A stretch of DNA of 64,000 bases from the NCBI GenBank assembly GCA_963823555.1, contig CAWGMA010000001.1, forward strand, positions 256,001 through 320,000, in the 5' to 3' direction. Positions 42,302 through 51,894 of this stretch are shown here, piece by piece (position 1 is the stretch's first letter; every line of letters begins with the position of its first letter). The position numbers and the translations under genes are program-made. The stretch comes from Candidatus Eiseniibacteriota bacterium (GTDB taxonomy: Bacteria > Eisenbacteria > RBG-16-71-46 > CAVPCR01). The notes under the pieces were generated by a model that was not told where the DNA came from, searched no databases, and saw only the letters and a program-made list of their open reading frames with translations.

Positions 42302-44167
42302 ATGGATCATCCTCGGCAGTCATCGCTTCCTCCTCGCGGCTTCCCGGTGCGGACCGGCACCGCTCGGCATGCGGGTAGGCGCCGGTTGGACCGCTCCCTG
42401 GCGGCGGTGCTGGTCGCGAGCTCGATCCTGGCGGTCCTCGCGGCGGGCCCGGCGCTCGGCGCCGCAGGCGAGTCCGATCTCCTGGCGGAAGGGATCGGTG
42501 CGCGCGAGCGGGCACTCGGCAGCGGCCTCGTGATCGCCGAGCCCGGCGTGGCCTTGTTCTGGAATCCAGCGCGACTCGCCCTCGCCGAGGGCACCACGGT
42601 GCACGCCCATCTAGCGCCGTTGCCGGAGGGGGCCAGCCTCGACGCCGTGGGCGTGGCCTGGCCCTTCGGGCCCGGTGTGCTCGGTGGCGGTCTGGCGCGC
42701 ATCGGGGTCGGCGATATCGAGACCTACGACGTCACCGGGGTTCCCACCGGAGCCGTCTCCTTCGGCGATGTCGAGCTCAGCGGTGGGTATGCCCTCGGTT
42801 TCGCCTGGCCGTTTGGCATCGCTCAGCCGAAGGGCGCTGAGGGTGGCTCGATGCAAGCGCAAGCCGGCTCCGCCTTCGATGTGGGCGTTGCCTTCCGCAT
42901 CCGGAGGCAGAGCTTCGCCGACCGGGCCGCCACCGGTTTCGGCATCGACCTCGGCCTCTCCGCCCGCCCCCGGCCCGCGCTCGAGCTCGGGCTCCGGGCA
43001 CGGAATCTACTGAGCCCGTCGCTGACCGTGGGCAGCGAGGCGGAGCACCTGCCGCGATCCCTGCACCTCGGGGCCGCCTACACCCGCGCCGTGGCCGGAC
43101 GCCCGTTGCTGCTCACGGCCGAGACGGGCTTCGGCGGGGGAGTGGCCTCCCTGGCCGGGGGCGCCGAGTTCCCGATCACCAGCGCTCTCAGCGGGCGGGC
43201 CGGTATCGCCGGCGGCACGCCACGCTTCGGAGTCGGCTTCGCCGCCGGGTTCCTCGCCTTCGATTACGGCCTCGAGTCGCATGATCTGGGGCTCGTTCAC
43301 CTGGCCTCGGTCACCGTTCGCTTCGGGGAGGGGGCGAGGGACCGTGTCGAGCGCGCGGAGTCGGCCATTGCCGCCGAGCGCGACGCGGCTGCGGCCCGCG
43401 CTGCCGAGGAAGCGCGCTCCCAGGCCGCCGCGGAATTGCGGTCCCAGGCCAGGGCCACCGCGGACAGCGGCGACCCGCTGGCGGTGCGCGCCGGCTGGCT
43501 CGCGCTCCTGGCCCAGCATCCGGGCGATGAGGAGGCGATGTCGGCGCTCGCCGAGATCGAGGCGCGCGAGGCGGCCGCGGTTCGTGATTCGCTCGAGAGG
43601 CGAGAGCAGCAGCACGCAGCCGAGATCGAACGGCTCCGCGCCGAGGCGCGGCAGCACGAGGCCTCGGGCGACCCAGCGGGAGCCGCCGTGGCCTGGGGGC
43701 GGGTCCTCATGATCGCTCCGAGCGATCCCGCGGCCACGGCCAGTCTTGCCCGAGTGCAGGCCGAGCTCACCGCCACCGCCGACAGCCTGGCTCACACGCG
43801 TGCCAATCTCGGAGAGCGCGACGCCGAGCTCATGCGCATTCGTCTCTTCGTGCGTGCGCTCGAGGCGCACTCCGCCGACGATAACGAACGGGCGCTCGCC
43901 ACCCTCGACTCGCTGCTCGTCATCGCTCCCCACGATGAAGCGGCGCTCGATCTGCGCCGGCGCATCGCGCCTTCGAGTACCTTGAACGATCCTCGGGTAC
44001 GGGAGGAGGCACGCCAGCTCTACATCGAGGGCATGCGGCTGTTCAACGCCGGCGACTACGCCGGAGCTATCCGCTACTGGGAGGAGCTTCTGGCTCTTGA
44101 TCCGGGGAACGCAGCCGTCCGGCTCAACCTCGAGGAAGCGCGACTCCGCCAGAGGCGTGGACCATGA
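42302..44167 (+). CDS. PorV/PorQ-like outer-membrane beta-barrel fused to coiled-coil and TPR region
   Basis: GIGARERALG..LFWNPARLA, G.G.DLG, AFDYG..HDLG..H..SV..RFG; C-terminal TPR (LYIEGMRLF..GDY..AI..WE). Confidence 0.75.
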   Translation: MDHPRQSSLPPRGFPVRTGTARHAGRRRLDRSLAAVLVASSILAVLAAGPALGAAGESDLLAEGIGARERALGSGLVIAEPGVALFWNPARLALAEGTTVHAHLAPLPEGASLDAVGVAWPFGPGVLGGGLARIGVGDIETYDVTGVPTGAVSFGDVELSGGYALGFAWPFGIAQPKGAEGGSMQAQAGSAFDVGVAFRIRRQSFADRAATGFGIDLGLSARPRPALELGLRARNLLSPSLTVGSEAEHLPRSLHLGAAYTRAVAGRPLLLTAETGFGGGVASLAGGAEFPITSALSGRAGIAGGTPRFGVGFAAGFLAFDYGLESHDLGLVHLASVTVRFGEGARDRVERAESAIAAERDAAAARAAEEARSQAAAELRSQARATADSGDPLAVRAGWLALLAQHPGDEEAMSALAEIEAREAAAVRDSLERREQQHAAEIERLRAEARQHEASGDPAGAAVAWGRVLMIAPSDPAATASLARVQAELTATADSLAHTRANLGERDAELMRIRLFVRALEAHSADDNERALATLDSLLVIAPHDEAALDLRRRIAPSSTLNDPRVREEARQLYIEGMRLFNAGDYAGAIRYWEELLALDPGNAAVRLNLEEARLRQRRGP

Positions 44168-46917
44168 TGCCGCTCCTCAGGCGCCCCCAGGGTCCGCGGC
44201 GGGCGACGCTGAGCGTCGATGCCCGCCCCGAGGATCTGCCGCAGGTCCGCACCTTCATCGAGGATGCGCTGCGTGCGACGCCCCTGGGCGAGCGGTCGCG
44301 CCGCGAGGTGCGTCTCGGCGTCGATGAGGCCTGCGCCAACATCATCGAGCATGCCTATGCCGGACGAGCGGGCACCATCGGTGTCGAGATCGTCACCGAT
44401 GGCCATCAGGTGGCCATCACCCTCAACGACAACGGCAAGGCCTTCGATCCGCATGCGGTCGGCACGCCCGACTTGAGCCGCTATGTCAAGACCGGGAAGA
44501 AGGGTGGCTTCGGCCTCTACCTCATCCACAAGACCATGGATGAGGTCCGACATGAGCGCGCCGGTGACGAGAACCGACTCACCCTGGTCAAACGCTTCGA
44601 GCCCGGTCCGCAGGGCCGGGGAGCCAAGGTGCTGGCCTGGCTCCAGTCCAGGCTGCGCACGCGCAGCCTCCGGCTGCGCTTCTTCATCCAGGCCAGTGTG
44701 CTCCTCGTGGTTCTGCTCTCCGGAGCCGCGGCCGTGTTGCTGGGACGCGCCGGGGCGATGGCCAAGCGCGAAGTGATCACGAGCGGGGTGGCTCTGGCCA
44801 CCAGCCTGCGCGCGCAGGCTCTGGATCTCCTGCTCAGACCGCAGGCCTTCGGGCCCAAGCAGACCCAGCTCAACGCAGCGGCCAAGACGGCGGTGTCGCG
44901 CACACAGATCGCCAGCGTCATCGTCACCGATACCACGGACACGATCTGGGCGGCGAGCGATGAGGATCTGCTGCTCAGCTTCTTCGAGCCTCCAGCCAAC
45001 GTGCTTCGCGTTCCACCCGAGGCCGACGCCAAGGCGCTCGCCGATCACGCGACGCCGATCGGCGATCGGTACCTGATTGCGCTGCCGATCGCGGCTCCCG
45101 GTGCGCCGGCGGAGCGTGGCCCCGACCTCGGCGTGCTCTATGTCGCCGTTCTGGAATCCACGATCGACCTCCAGGCCGCGGCCGCCCGCCGTGACATCCT
45201 GGTGGTTACCCTCATGATCTTCGGCGCCGGGCTCGCTGCGGTCGCGCTCCTCGTGCGCCTGATCGTCAAGCCGATCCAGCGCTTGACCGAGGGGGTACGC
45301 GCCATCGGCACCGGGCAGGAGCAGCGCCTCGAGGAAGCCGGCCTCGAAGAGCTCGATGCCATCGCCCGGGCGTTCAACGACGTGACCCGGAAGTTCCGCG
45401 ATGCGCAGACCAGCCTGGTCGAGCGCGAGCGCTTGCAGCAGGAAGTCGAGGTCGCCAAGTCGATCCAGCACTCGCTGCTACCGCGCGCCCTGCCGGAGAT
45501 GTCGGGTTTCGAGATCGGCACCATGTACCAGGCCGCCAAGGAAGTGGGTGGCGACTACTATGACTTCGTGCATGTCGGTGAAGAGACCTGGGGTCTCGCC
45601 GTCGCCGATGTCTCGGGCAAGGGGGTGCCGGCCTCGCTCGTCATGATGATGATCCGGACGGCCCTCCGACTCGAGGCCCGGGGCGAGCGCGCGGCGGCCG
45701 AGGTTCTCGATCGGGTCAATCGCTTCGTCACCGCGGACATGAAGAAGGGCATGTTCGTGACGATGTTCTACGTCGTGCTCGATTCGAAGGAGCGGCTCAT
45801 CAGCTACGCCTCTGCCGGGCACAATCCGATGATCCTCTATCGCGCCGCCACCGACGAGACCTACTTCCTCAAGCCGAAGGGGTTCCCGGTGGGCATCGAT
45901 CTTCCCGACTCGAGCCTATTTGCCCGCTCGATCGGGGTGGAGAGGGTGGCGCTCGAGCAGGGTGATCTCCTGGTCATCTACACGGATGGCATCACCGAGG
46001 CCATGGATGCCCAGATGCGGCAGTTCGGCACCGAGCGGCTCCTCCAATCCATCAAGCGCAATGCCCACCTCTCCCCTCAGGACTTTTGTCTTCAGTTGGA
46101 GCGGGAGCTGGCCGAATTTACTGGCGACACCCCGCAAAACGACGACATCACCCTGGTGGCGATCAAGGAGCGGATGTCCGCCCCCGAGCTCATGCTGGAA
46201 GCCCGGGAGCGCCTGCTGAGTCGCGTGGAGGTAGACCGCGTGCCGGTTCAGCAAGCGTGCGATGAGACCGGAGTCTCCACCTCGACCTACTACCGGTACC
46301 GGCGCCTGCGGGAGACGGCCGGCCGCGAGGGGCTCCGGGACCGGCGCAAACGGCCGGAACCGGCTCGCCTCTCCAATGAGCAGGAGAAAGTCCTCAAGGA
46401 TCTGATCCGCGAGGATCCCGATCGCGGTGCCAATCGTCTCGCCGAGGCGCTGAGCACCGCATCGGGTCAGATCATCAAGGCCAGTCGCGTGACGTCGTCC
46501 CTGCGCCGCCTCAAGCTCAGCAGACGGGCGGCCCGCCGGGAGTTTGCCGGGGTCGCGGCATCCACACCACGTTCCGCAGCGCGGCCCCGACCCGCGGCGG
46601 CGAAGACGGTAGACCCGATCCCTGCGGCCGGGCCGGAGGAACGGGAGCCGTCGGCAACCGAGGGTGTGGTCGAGGAGCCGGTAATAGCGGAGGCCGTGGG
46701 AGAGGAGCCGACGACGGCCGAGGGCTCCGAACTGGAACCCATGGCGCCATCGCCGGTCGCCATCGACGGCGTTGGCGGACGGGATGATGTGATCGTTCAA
46801 GGCGAGAATGCGGACCGGCAGGAGGCGCCGAGCGAGTCGGTGCGGTTCTTGCCATTGCCCAAGTCCAGAGATCCAATGGAGTCCGACGAGGACGAACTCG
46901 ACCTCACCGGGAGCTAG
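44164..46917 (+). CDS. fusion: RsbW-type HATPase kinase, 2 TM sensor, HAMP, SpoIIE/RsbU PP2C phosphatase, HTH, acidic tail
   Basis: VDEACANIIEHAY, NDNG, GGFGLYLI; two TMs; KPIQRL..ELDAIARAFN; VGGDYYD, ADVSGKG, AGHNP, YTDGITEA, DDITL; ACDETGVSTSTYYRY. Confidence 0.9.
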   Translation: MMPLLRRPQGPRRATLSVDARPEDLPQVRTFIEDALRATPLGERSRREVRLGVDEACANIIEHAYAGRAGTIGVEIVTDGHQVAITLNDNGKAFDPHAVGTPDLSRYVKTGKKGGFGLYLIHKTMDEVRHERAGDENRLTLVKRFEPGPQGRGAKVLAWLQSRLRTRSLRLRFFIQASVLLVVLLSGAAAVLLGRAGAMAKREVITSGVALATSLRAQALDLLLRPQAFGPKQTQLNAAAKTAVSRTQIASVIVTDTTDTIWAASDEDLLLSFFEPPANVLRVPPEADAKALADHATPIGDRYLIALPIAAPGAPAERGPDLGVLYVAVLESTIDLQAAAARRDILVVTLMIFGAGLAAVALLVRLIVKPIQRLTEGVRAIGTGQEQRLEEAGLEELDAIARAFNDVTRKFRDAQTSLVERERLQQEVEVAKSIQHSLLPRALPEMSGFEIGTMYQAAKEVGGDYYDFVHVGEETWGLAVADVSGKGVPASLVMMMIRTALRLEARGERAAAEVLDRVNRFVTADMKKGMFVTMFYVVLDSKERLISYASAGHNPMILYRAATDETYFLKPKGFPVGIDLPDSSLFARSIGVERVALEQGDLLVIYTDGITEAMDAQMRQFGTERLLQSIKRNAHLSPQDFCLQLERELAEFTGDTPQNDDITLVAIKERMSAPELMLEARERLLSRVEVDRVPVQQACDETGVSTSTYYRYRRLRETAGREGLRDRRKRPEPARLSNEQEKVLKDLIREDPDRGANRLAEALSTASGQIIKASRVTSSLRRLKLSRRAARREFAGVAASTPRSAARPRPAAAKTVDPIPAAGPEEREPSATEGVVEEPVIAEAVGEEPTTAEGSELEPMAPSPVAIDGVGGRDDVIVQGENADRQEAPSESVRFLPLPKSRDPMESDEDELDLTGS

Positions 46918-46944
46918 CGGGAACCGACCCGCGCGGAGGACACG

Positions 46945-47340
46945 ATGCGAGGAATCGATGTCATTGTTGAGGAGACGGGGCCGAACAGCGAGATCGCCGT
47001 CGTGCGGGTTACCGGCTACGTCGATACCACCACCTCGCATGAGCTGGAGAAGAAGATCAACTCCATCCTGGAGCGCCGGATCTACAACATCGTGGTCGAC
47101 TTGACCGGGGTGGACTATGTCTCCAGCGCCGGCTGGGGGATCTTCATCGGTGAGATCCGGGAGATCCGCGAGCAGCATGGCGACTTGAAGCTCGCTGGCA
47201 TGTCGCCCGATGTCTACGAGGTGTTCGAGCTCCTCGAGTTCCAGAACATCCTGGAAGCCTATCCCTCGGCTGCCGAGGCGGTCGAACGCCTCGAATCGGA
47301 GCTCGCGGGCCGGGGAGCGCGGCGCGTCGCCGAGGCGTAG
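46945..47340 (+). CDS. STAS anti-sigma-factor antagonist (RsbV/SpoIIAA-like)
   Basis: GYVDTTT, VVDLTGVDYVSSAGW phospho-acceptor motif, LKLAGM..V.EVFEL; GGAGG SD. Confidence 0.93.
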   Translation: MRGIDVIVEETGPNSEIAVVRVTGYVDTTTSHELEKKINSILERRIYNIVVDLTGVDYVSSAGWGIFIGEIREIREQHGDLKLAGMSPDVYEVFELLEFQNILEAYPSAAEAVERLESELAGRGARRVAEA

Positions 47341-47410
47341 GAGATCCCGGGACCTCCCATCGTCCAGCCAGGACAGCTCCCGATGCCGTCGTTCCCGGCG
47401 GCTTTCCCTT

Positions 47411-47452
47411 CGAACGGGCCTCGACCGGGGCCCGTTCGCCATTTCCGGTTTT
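47411..47452 (+). terminator. possible intrinsic terminator
   Basis: 10-bp stem CGAACGGGCC/GGCCCGTTCG followed by interrupted T-rich tail. Confidence 0.45.
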
Positions 47453-47817
47453 CTCACGTGTCATGCCCACGCCCGTGACATGATCGTTCACTCCGTTGCC
47501 GATCTCCGGACCCTTCGCAGCTGACGAGGGAGCGAGTGGAACGGACCCTGAGGGCTCCGTCGGCGCCTTCGGCGCGAGCGCGCCCGATGGCGATGGGGGT
47601 GGCTATCCTGGCCCGGGCTATGCTATTCGGACGTGCGGTGTGCAGCCTGGAGGGAACCAGCGGGGCCAGGCCGGGTGAAGGACGGGGGCCCACCCGCGGT
47701 GGCACTCGGCCCGGGATCGGTGCTCCCGGCAACCCCCGGGTTGGCCCTGGGACAGCCCCCGGCGCAGTCTAGAGGCCCCCGTCCGCGGACTGAACTCGAA
47801 CCCGGTGTGATCTTCCT

Positions 47818-50082
47818 ATGTCCTGGCCCATCAAATCGATATCCCTGGGCGTCGGCGGTGCCTGGATCGCCCTGTTCTGGCTCGGCCTGGCTGCGGCGCT
47901 GGCGCTTGCGATCTGGGCCTATCGCGCGCCGGTCCCGCCCCTGCCGCGAACGAGCCGGATCCTCTTGGGGGCGCTTCGCTTCCTGTCCCTCGGGCTGCTC
48001 ATCCTGACCCTCTTTCAGCCCGTGATCACCGTGGCTGCCAAGGCCGGGAACCGACCCCTGGTGGCCGTGCTCGTCGATCTCTCGAGCAGCATGGCCTTGC
48101 CGGCAGTCAGCACTCAGGCCGATACCACCAGTCGTTTCGAAGTCGCGCGCAGCGTGGTCTCCGGGCTGCTCCCCCATCTCGATGGGGAGTTCGACGTCGA
48201 GCTCCATGGGTTCGGAGTGGATGTGACCGGGATCGAACCCGGTGACAGATCGGTGCTCGAGGATGCAGTTCCCGGCGCGCCGGCCACCGCGCTGGCCCCG
48301 GCGCTGAGCGCCATTCTCAATGGCGAAACCCAGCGCCCGGCCGCGGTCGTGCTCATCTCGGATGGTGGAGTGAACAGCGGGAGGGATCCGGTGGCGCTCG
48401 CCGAGCGCTCGGCCATTCCCATGATCACCATCCCGACCTCGCTCGACTCCACCGTCCATGACGTCTGGGTGGCGGAGTGTCTGGCCAATCGCTCGGCGCA
48501 TCTGGGACAGGAGACTCTGATCTCGGTCACTCTCTCGAGCAATCTCACGGTCGCTACACGCGTGGGTGTCGTTCTCCGGGAGGAAGACCGCATCTTGACC
48601 CGCGAGCAAGTGACCTTGCCCGAGGGCCCGGCTCGCGTACCGGTCGAGGTCCGCTTCCGCCCGGATCGGCTGGGGGCTCATCGCTACTCGGTCGAAGTGG
48701 AGGCGGTCCCGGGCGAGCTGACCGCGGGGAACAACTCCCGGTCATTCCCGATCCGAGTCGAGGAGGAGCGCCTGCAGCTGCTTCTCATCGCCGATCGGCC
48801 GACGTGGGATTTCACCTTCATCCGCCGTGCGCTGGCTGCCGACCGGACGCTGGCCGTGACGGCGCTCATCAAGAAAGGCCACGAAGGGGATGGCTTCCAG
48901 CCCTTGAGCGGCGCGAAGCTCGGATCGTTGCCCACTCGTGCGCGAGAGATCGCGGCCTTCGGCGCCGTCGTTCTCGTCGATGTGGACATGGCGCAGCTCC
49001 CGGCAGACACGCGCACCGCGCTGGCAGGCTTCGCCCGTGATGGCGGAGGCCTTCTCATCGTGAACCCCAGGGAGAGTGGTCGCAGCGTGAGCGCAGGCTC
49101 CGAGCTGGAGCGCATACTGCCGGTGCGTCCCGCCCCCGCCGCGGCCCCACCGGTGCTCGTCACGCCGCGCCTCACGGTTTCGGGATCCGTGCACCCGGTC
49201 ACCGCCTTCGGCGAGTCGCCGTCGCGCGCGGAGCAGATCTGGGCGGAGCTACCTCCGGTGCGCATGGCGTCGCCGCTCGAGGTCGGGCTCGCCGGCGATG
49301 TGCTGGTCGAGGGGCTGGGCGCGGGTAACCCAGTGCCCTTGGTCATCGCCGGGCGCACGCCGAGCGGTCGTGCTCTCATCGTCAATGCCGCGCTGGCCTG
49401 GCGGTGGAGTTTCCTCCTGGCCGGGACCACGGGTGATGACCTGGTCCACCGTCGTTTCTGGAGTGAGGCTGTGACCTGGGTGGCCCGAGGGCAAGGCGGC
49501 GGCAACCTCGAGGTTCATGCCGATCAATCCGTCTTTCTCCAGGGGCGAGAGGTCACGCTCGGAGCCCGCCTCACCGATGACGAGCTGAAGCCCATGGGCG
49601 ACGCGGAGGTCGCGATCGAGATCGAGTCCCTCGAACGCATGCCGACCGGAGCCGGCGCCGGATCCCCACCCGGATTGCCGGAGAAGCGGCGGGTGGTCCT
49701 GGGTCCGGCCGAGGCGCTCGGCAGCTACTCGGGCGCGGCGGGATATCTGCCGCCGGGGCTCTATCGCCTGCAAGGAGACGCCAAGCGCGGCCCGGCGGAG
49801 TGGAAGGCGGAGGGAGCGCAGTTCCTCGTCGACCAGGCCAGCGTCGAGGCGGCAACACCGGATGCCAATCCCGATCTCATGCGGCGGCTTGCCGCGCGCA
49901 CGGGGGGGGCCTTCGTGCTGCCCGATGACGTGGTCGACTCGGTGCGGAAGATCGCCAGGGAACAGGCCATGGCCGAACACACCATCGAGATCAAGCTGTG
50001 GAACCACGCTGGGTTGTTCATCGCCTTCGTGTGCTGTGCCTCGCTCGAGTGGTTTCTCCGGCGCCGGCGAGGTCTCGCCTGA
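47818..50082 (+). CDS. membrane-anchored vWA + Ig + GATase1-like protein
   Basis: N-terminal TMs with LR..L..P; DLSSSM MIDAS, VLISDG; NN.R; TWDFTFIRRAL; C-terminal LEWFLRRRRGL. Confidence 0.82.
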   Translation: MSWPIKSISLGVGGAWIALFWLGLAAALALAIWAYRAPVPPLPRTSRILLGALRFLSLGLLILTLFQPVITVAAKAGNRPLVAVLVDLSSSMALPAVSTQADTTSRFEVARSVVSGLLPHLDGEFDVELHGFGVDVTGIEPGDRSVLEDAVPGAPATALAPALSAILNGETQRPAAVVLISDGGVNSGRDPVALAERSAIPMITIPTSLDSTVHDVWVAECLANRSAHLGQETLISVTLSSNLTVATRVGVVLREEDRILTREQVTLPEGPARVPVEVRFRPDRLGAHRYSVEVEAVPGELTAGNNSRSFPIRVEEERLQLLLIADRPTWDFTFIRRALAADRTLAVTALIKKGHEGDGFQPLSGAKLGSLPTRAREIAAFGAVVLVDVDMAQLPADTRTALAGFARDGGGLLIVNPRESGRSVSAGSELERILPVRPAPAAAPPVLVTPRLTVSGSVHPVTAFGESPSRAEQIWAELPPVRMASPLEVGLAGDVLVEGLGAGNPVPLVIAGRTPSGRALIVNAALAWRWSFLLAGTTGDDLVHRRFWSEAVTWVARGQGGGNLEVHADQSVFLQGREVTLGARLTDDELKPMGDAEVAIEIESLERMPTGAGAGSPPGLPEKRRVVLGPAEALGSYSGAAGYLPPGLYRLQGDAKRGPAEWKAEGAQFLVDQASVEAATPDANPDLMRRLAARTGGAFVLPDDVVDSVRKIAREQAMAEHTIEIKLWNHAGLFIAFVCCASLEWFLRRRRGLA

Positions 50083-50136
50083 GGATCCCAGTATTCCCCT
50101 GAACCGACCCCTGACCGAAAACTCGGGCGACCGGAG

Positions 50137-51894
50137 GTGGTGGCCATGTGCCGCAACCGGAAGTCGTCCGGGCCCTGCCCAGCCGTTCTGCCTTCCGCCG
50201 GTCCTCCCATCCTCTGTCGCATCCTTCTCGTGGCGGCCCTTGCTGCTCCCGGATCAGGTAGCGCCGGTCTGTTCCTCAATGAGGTGCTCTATGACCCGAT
50301 CGGGGTCGACGACGGACTCGAGTTCGTCGAGCTCTACTCGACCGGGCCGGAGCTGCTGGATCTCGGGCGAGTCGCCATCGAGCGCGGCAACGGGAACCGG
50401 CCGGGCGACTGGCGGGAGGTATGGCATGGAACGTCAGGCGACAGCCTAGCGCCGGGCGTTCCCTTCGTTGTGGGCGGCGAGCGAGTCTCACCGGAACCTG
50501 GCGCCGTCGCCCAGCTCAACCTGCAGAACGGCCCGGACGGGTGTCGCCTGCTTGTCGACGGCACCGTGGTGGATGTCCTGGGTTGGGGTGACCTCACCGG
50601 CGCTGAGTTCTTCGCCGGCGCTCCGGCTCCGGATGTCGCCGCGGGATCGAGTCTCGGGCGGGTGCCCGACGGCCACGACACCGGGCGCAACGACCTGGAT
50701 TTCCACGCATTCACGACGCCCAGTCCCGGCAGGCCGAACCGCAGGCCGCCCCGGCTCAAGCTCGGAAGCCCGGGGCACAGGAGCAGCGCCGAAGCAAACC
50801 CACGGCTGGAGGTCGAGTGGGTGGTGACGGCGGATGAAGAGCAGAGTGTTGCTTCATTCGAAGTCCGGGCTTTCCCCTGCTCCATTCCCGAGATGCGCGT
50901 CGCCGCGCAGGCCCGGCTGACGGATGGCGAGGCGAGCGGGGTGCTGGTCCTCGGTCCGCTCCGCCCGGGTCCCTTGGAGATCTGCCTCGTATGTATCGAA
51001 TCCGTACCGGGTGGAATCCCCGAGGAGCATCTCCCCGATACCCTGCGTGTGGTCGCCCGGGCCGGCCCGGGTCCGCTCCGCGTGAACGAGTTTCTCTACC
51101 GTCCGGCGGCCGGGGAGACCGAGTGGATCGAGATCGTCAATTGTAGCCTCGACACCCTCGCCATCGCGGACTTCGCCCTGGCCGACAGCCGGAGCCAGCC
51201 GGTCGAGCTGGCCGGCGCCCCCATGATCCCGCCCGGCGGCTTGCTCGTGATCTCTGCCGATCGGCTGCCGGCTCCGGTCGCGTCCCATGTGGTCGGCTCG
51301 CGATGGCCGGCCCTCAACGATGCCGGGATGCCCTTCGCCGATCGGATCCGACTCCTCGATGCTGAGGCCCGCACCAGCGATGACGTGGCCTACGGTGCCG
51401 ACTGGGCTCCAGCCGGCGTTTCAGTCGAGCGAGTTTCAACCGATCTGCCAAGCGGGGACCGCGCCGCATGGAGTGCATCGGCGGCCGGATCGTCGCCCGG
51501 CATCCCGAATGCCGTGGCGCTGGAATTGAAACCAGTCCGTGGATTCTTGAATGTCGATCCCGATCTGGTGCGGGCTGGGACTGAACAAACGATCGTCGTG
51601 CAATTCGCTCATCCGCTCCGGCGCGGTGTGCTCACGGTCCATGCAAGCGACGGGCGGTTGGTCCGCCGTTTCGCGGAGGAGGAGCTCATGGGCCGGCGGC
51701 TCCTGGTGTGGAACGGTCGAGGCGGATCCGGAGACCTCCTGCCGCCGGGGCTCTACTTGATGACATTTGCCGGAGAGGAGGGGGAGGCGGCGTCCATGTC
51801 CCTGGGTGTTGCCGACGAGGACGACCGCAGCATGGGGCAGGGGACGGGGTCCGGCAGTCGAGTCATCCGGACCACGCTCGTGGTCGCTCCATGA
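50137..51894 (+). CDS. secreted protein with two lamin-tail domains and degenerate FlgD-like CTD
   Basis: LNEVLYDP..EFVELY, PSPGRPN; VNEFLY..EWIEIVN, SPGIPN; DGRLVRR..WNG..G..LPPGLY. Confidence 0.78.
   Translation: MVAMCRNRKSSGPCPAVLPSAGPPILCRILLVAALAAPGSGSAGLFLNEVLYDPIGVDDGLEFVELYSTGPELLDLGRVAIERGNGNRPGDWREVWHGTSGDSLAPGVPFVVGGERVSPEPGAVAQLNLQNGPDGCRLLVDGTVVDVLGWGDLTGAEFFAGAPAPDVAAGSSLGRVPDGHDTGRNDLDFHAFTTPSPGRPNRRPPRLKLGSPGHRSSAEANPRLEVEWVVTADEEQSVASFEVRAFPCSIPEMRVAAQARLTDGEASGVLVLGPLRPGPLEICLVCIESVPGGIPEEHLPDTLRVVARAGPGPLRVNEFLYRPAAGETEWIEIVNCSLDTLAIADFALADSRSQPVELAGAPMIPPGGLLVISADRLPAPVASHVVGSRWPALNDAGMPFADRIRLLDAEARTSDDVAYGADWAPAGVSVERVSTDLPSGDRAAWSASAAGSSPGIPNAVALELKPVRGFLNVDPDLVRAGTEQTIVVQFAHPLRRGVLTVHASDGRLVRRFAEEELMGRRLLVWNGRGGSGDLLPPGLYLMTFAGEEGEAASMSLGVADEDDRSMGQGTGSGSRVIRTTLVVAP

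Noticed and set aside
46175..46550. Active IS element inserted in the phosphatase gene
   Set aside because: Only the HTH region is present and in frame; no DDE domain, terminal inverted repeats or target duplication seen
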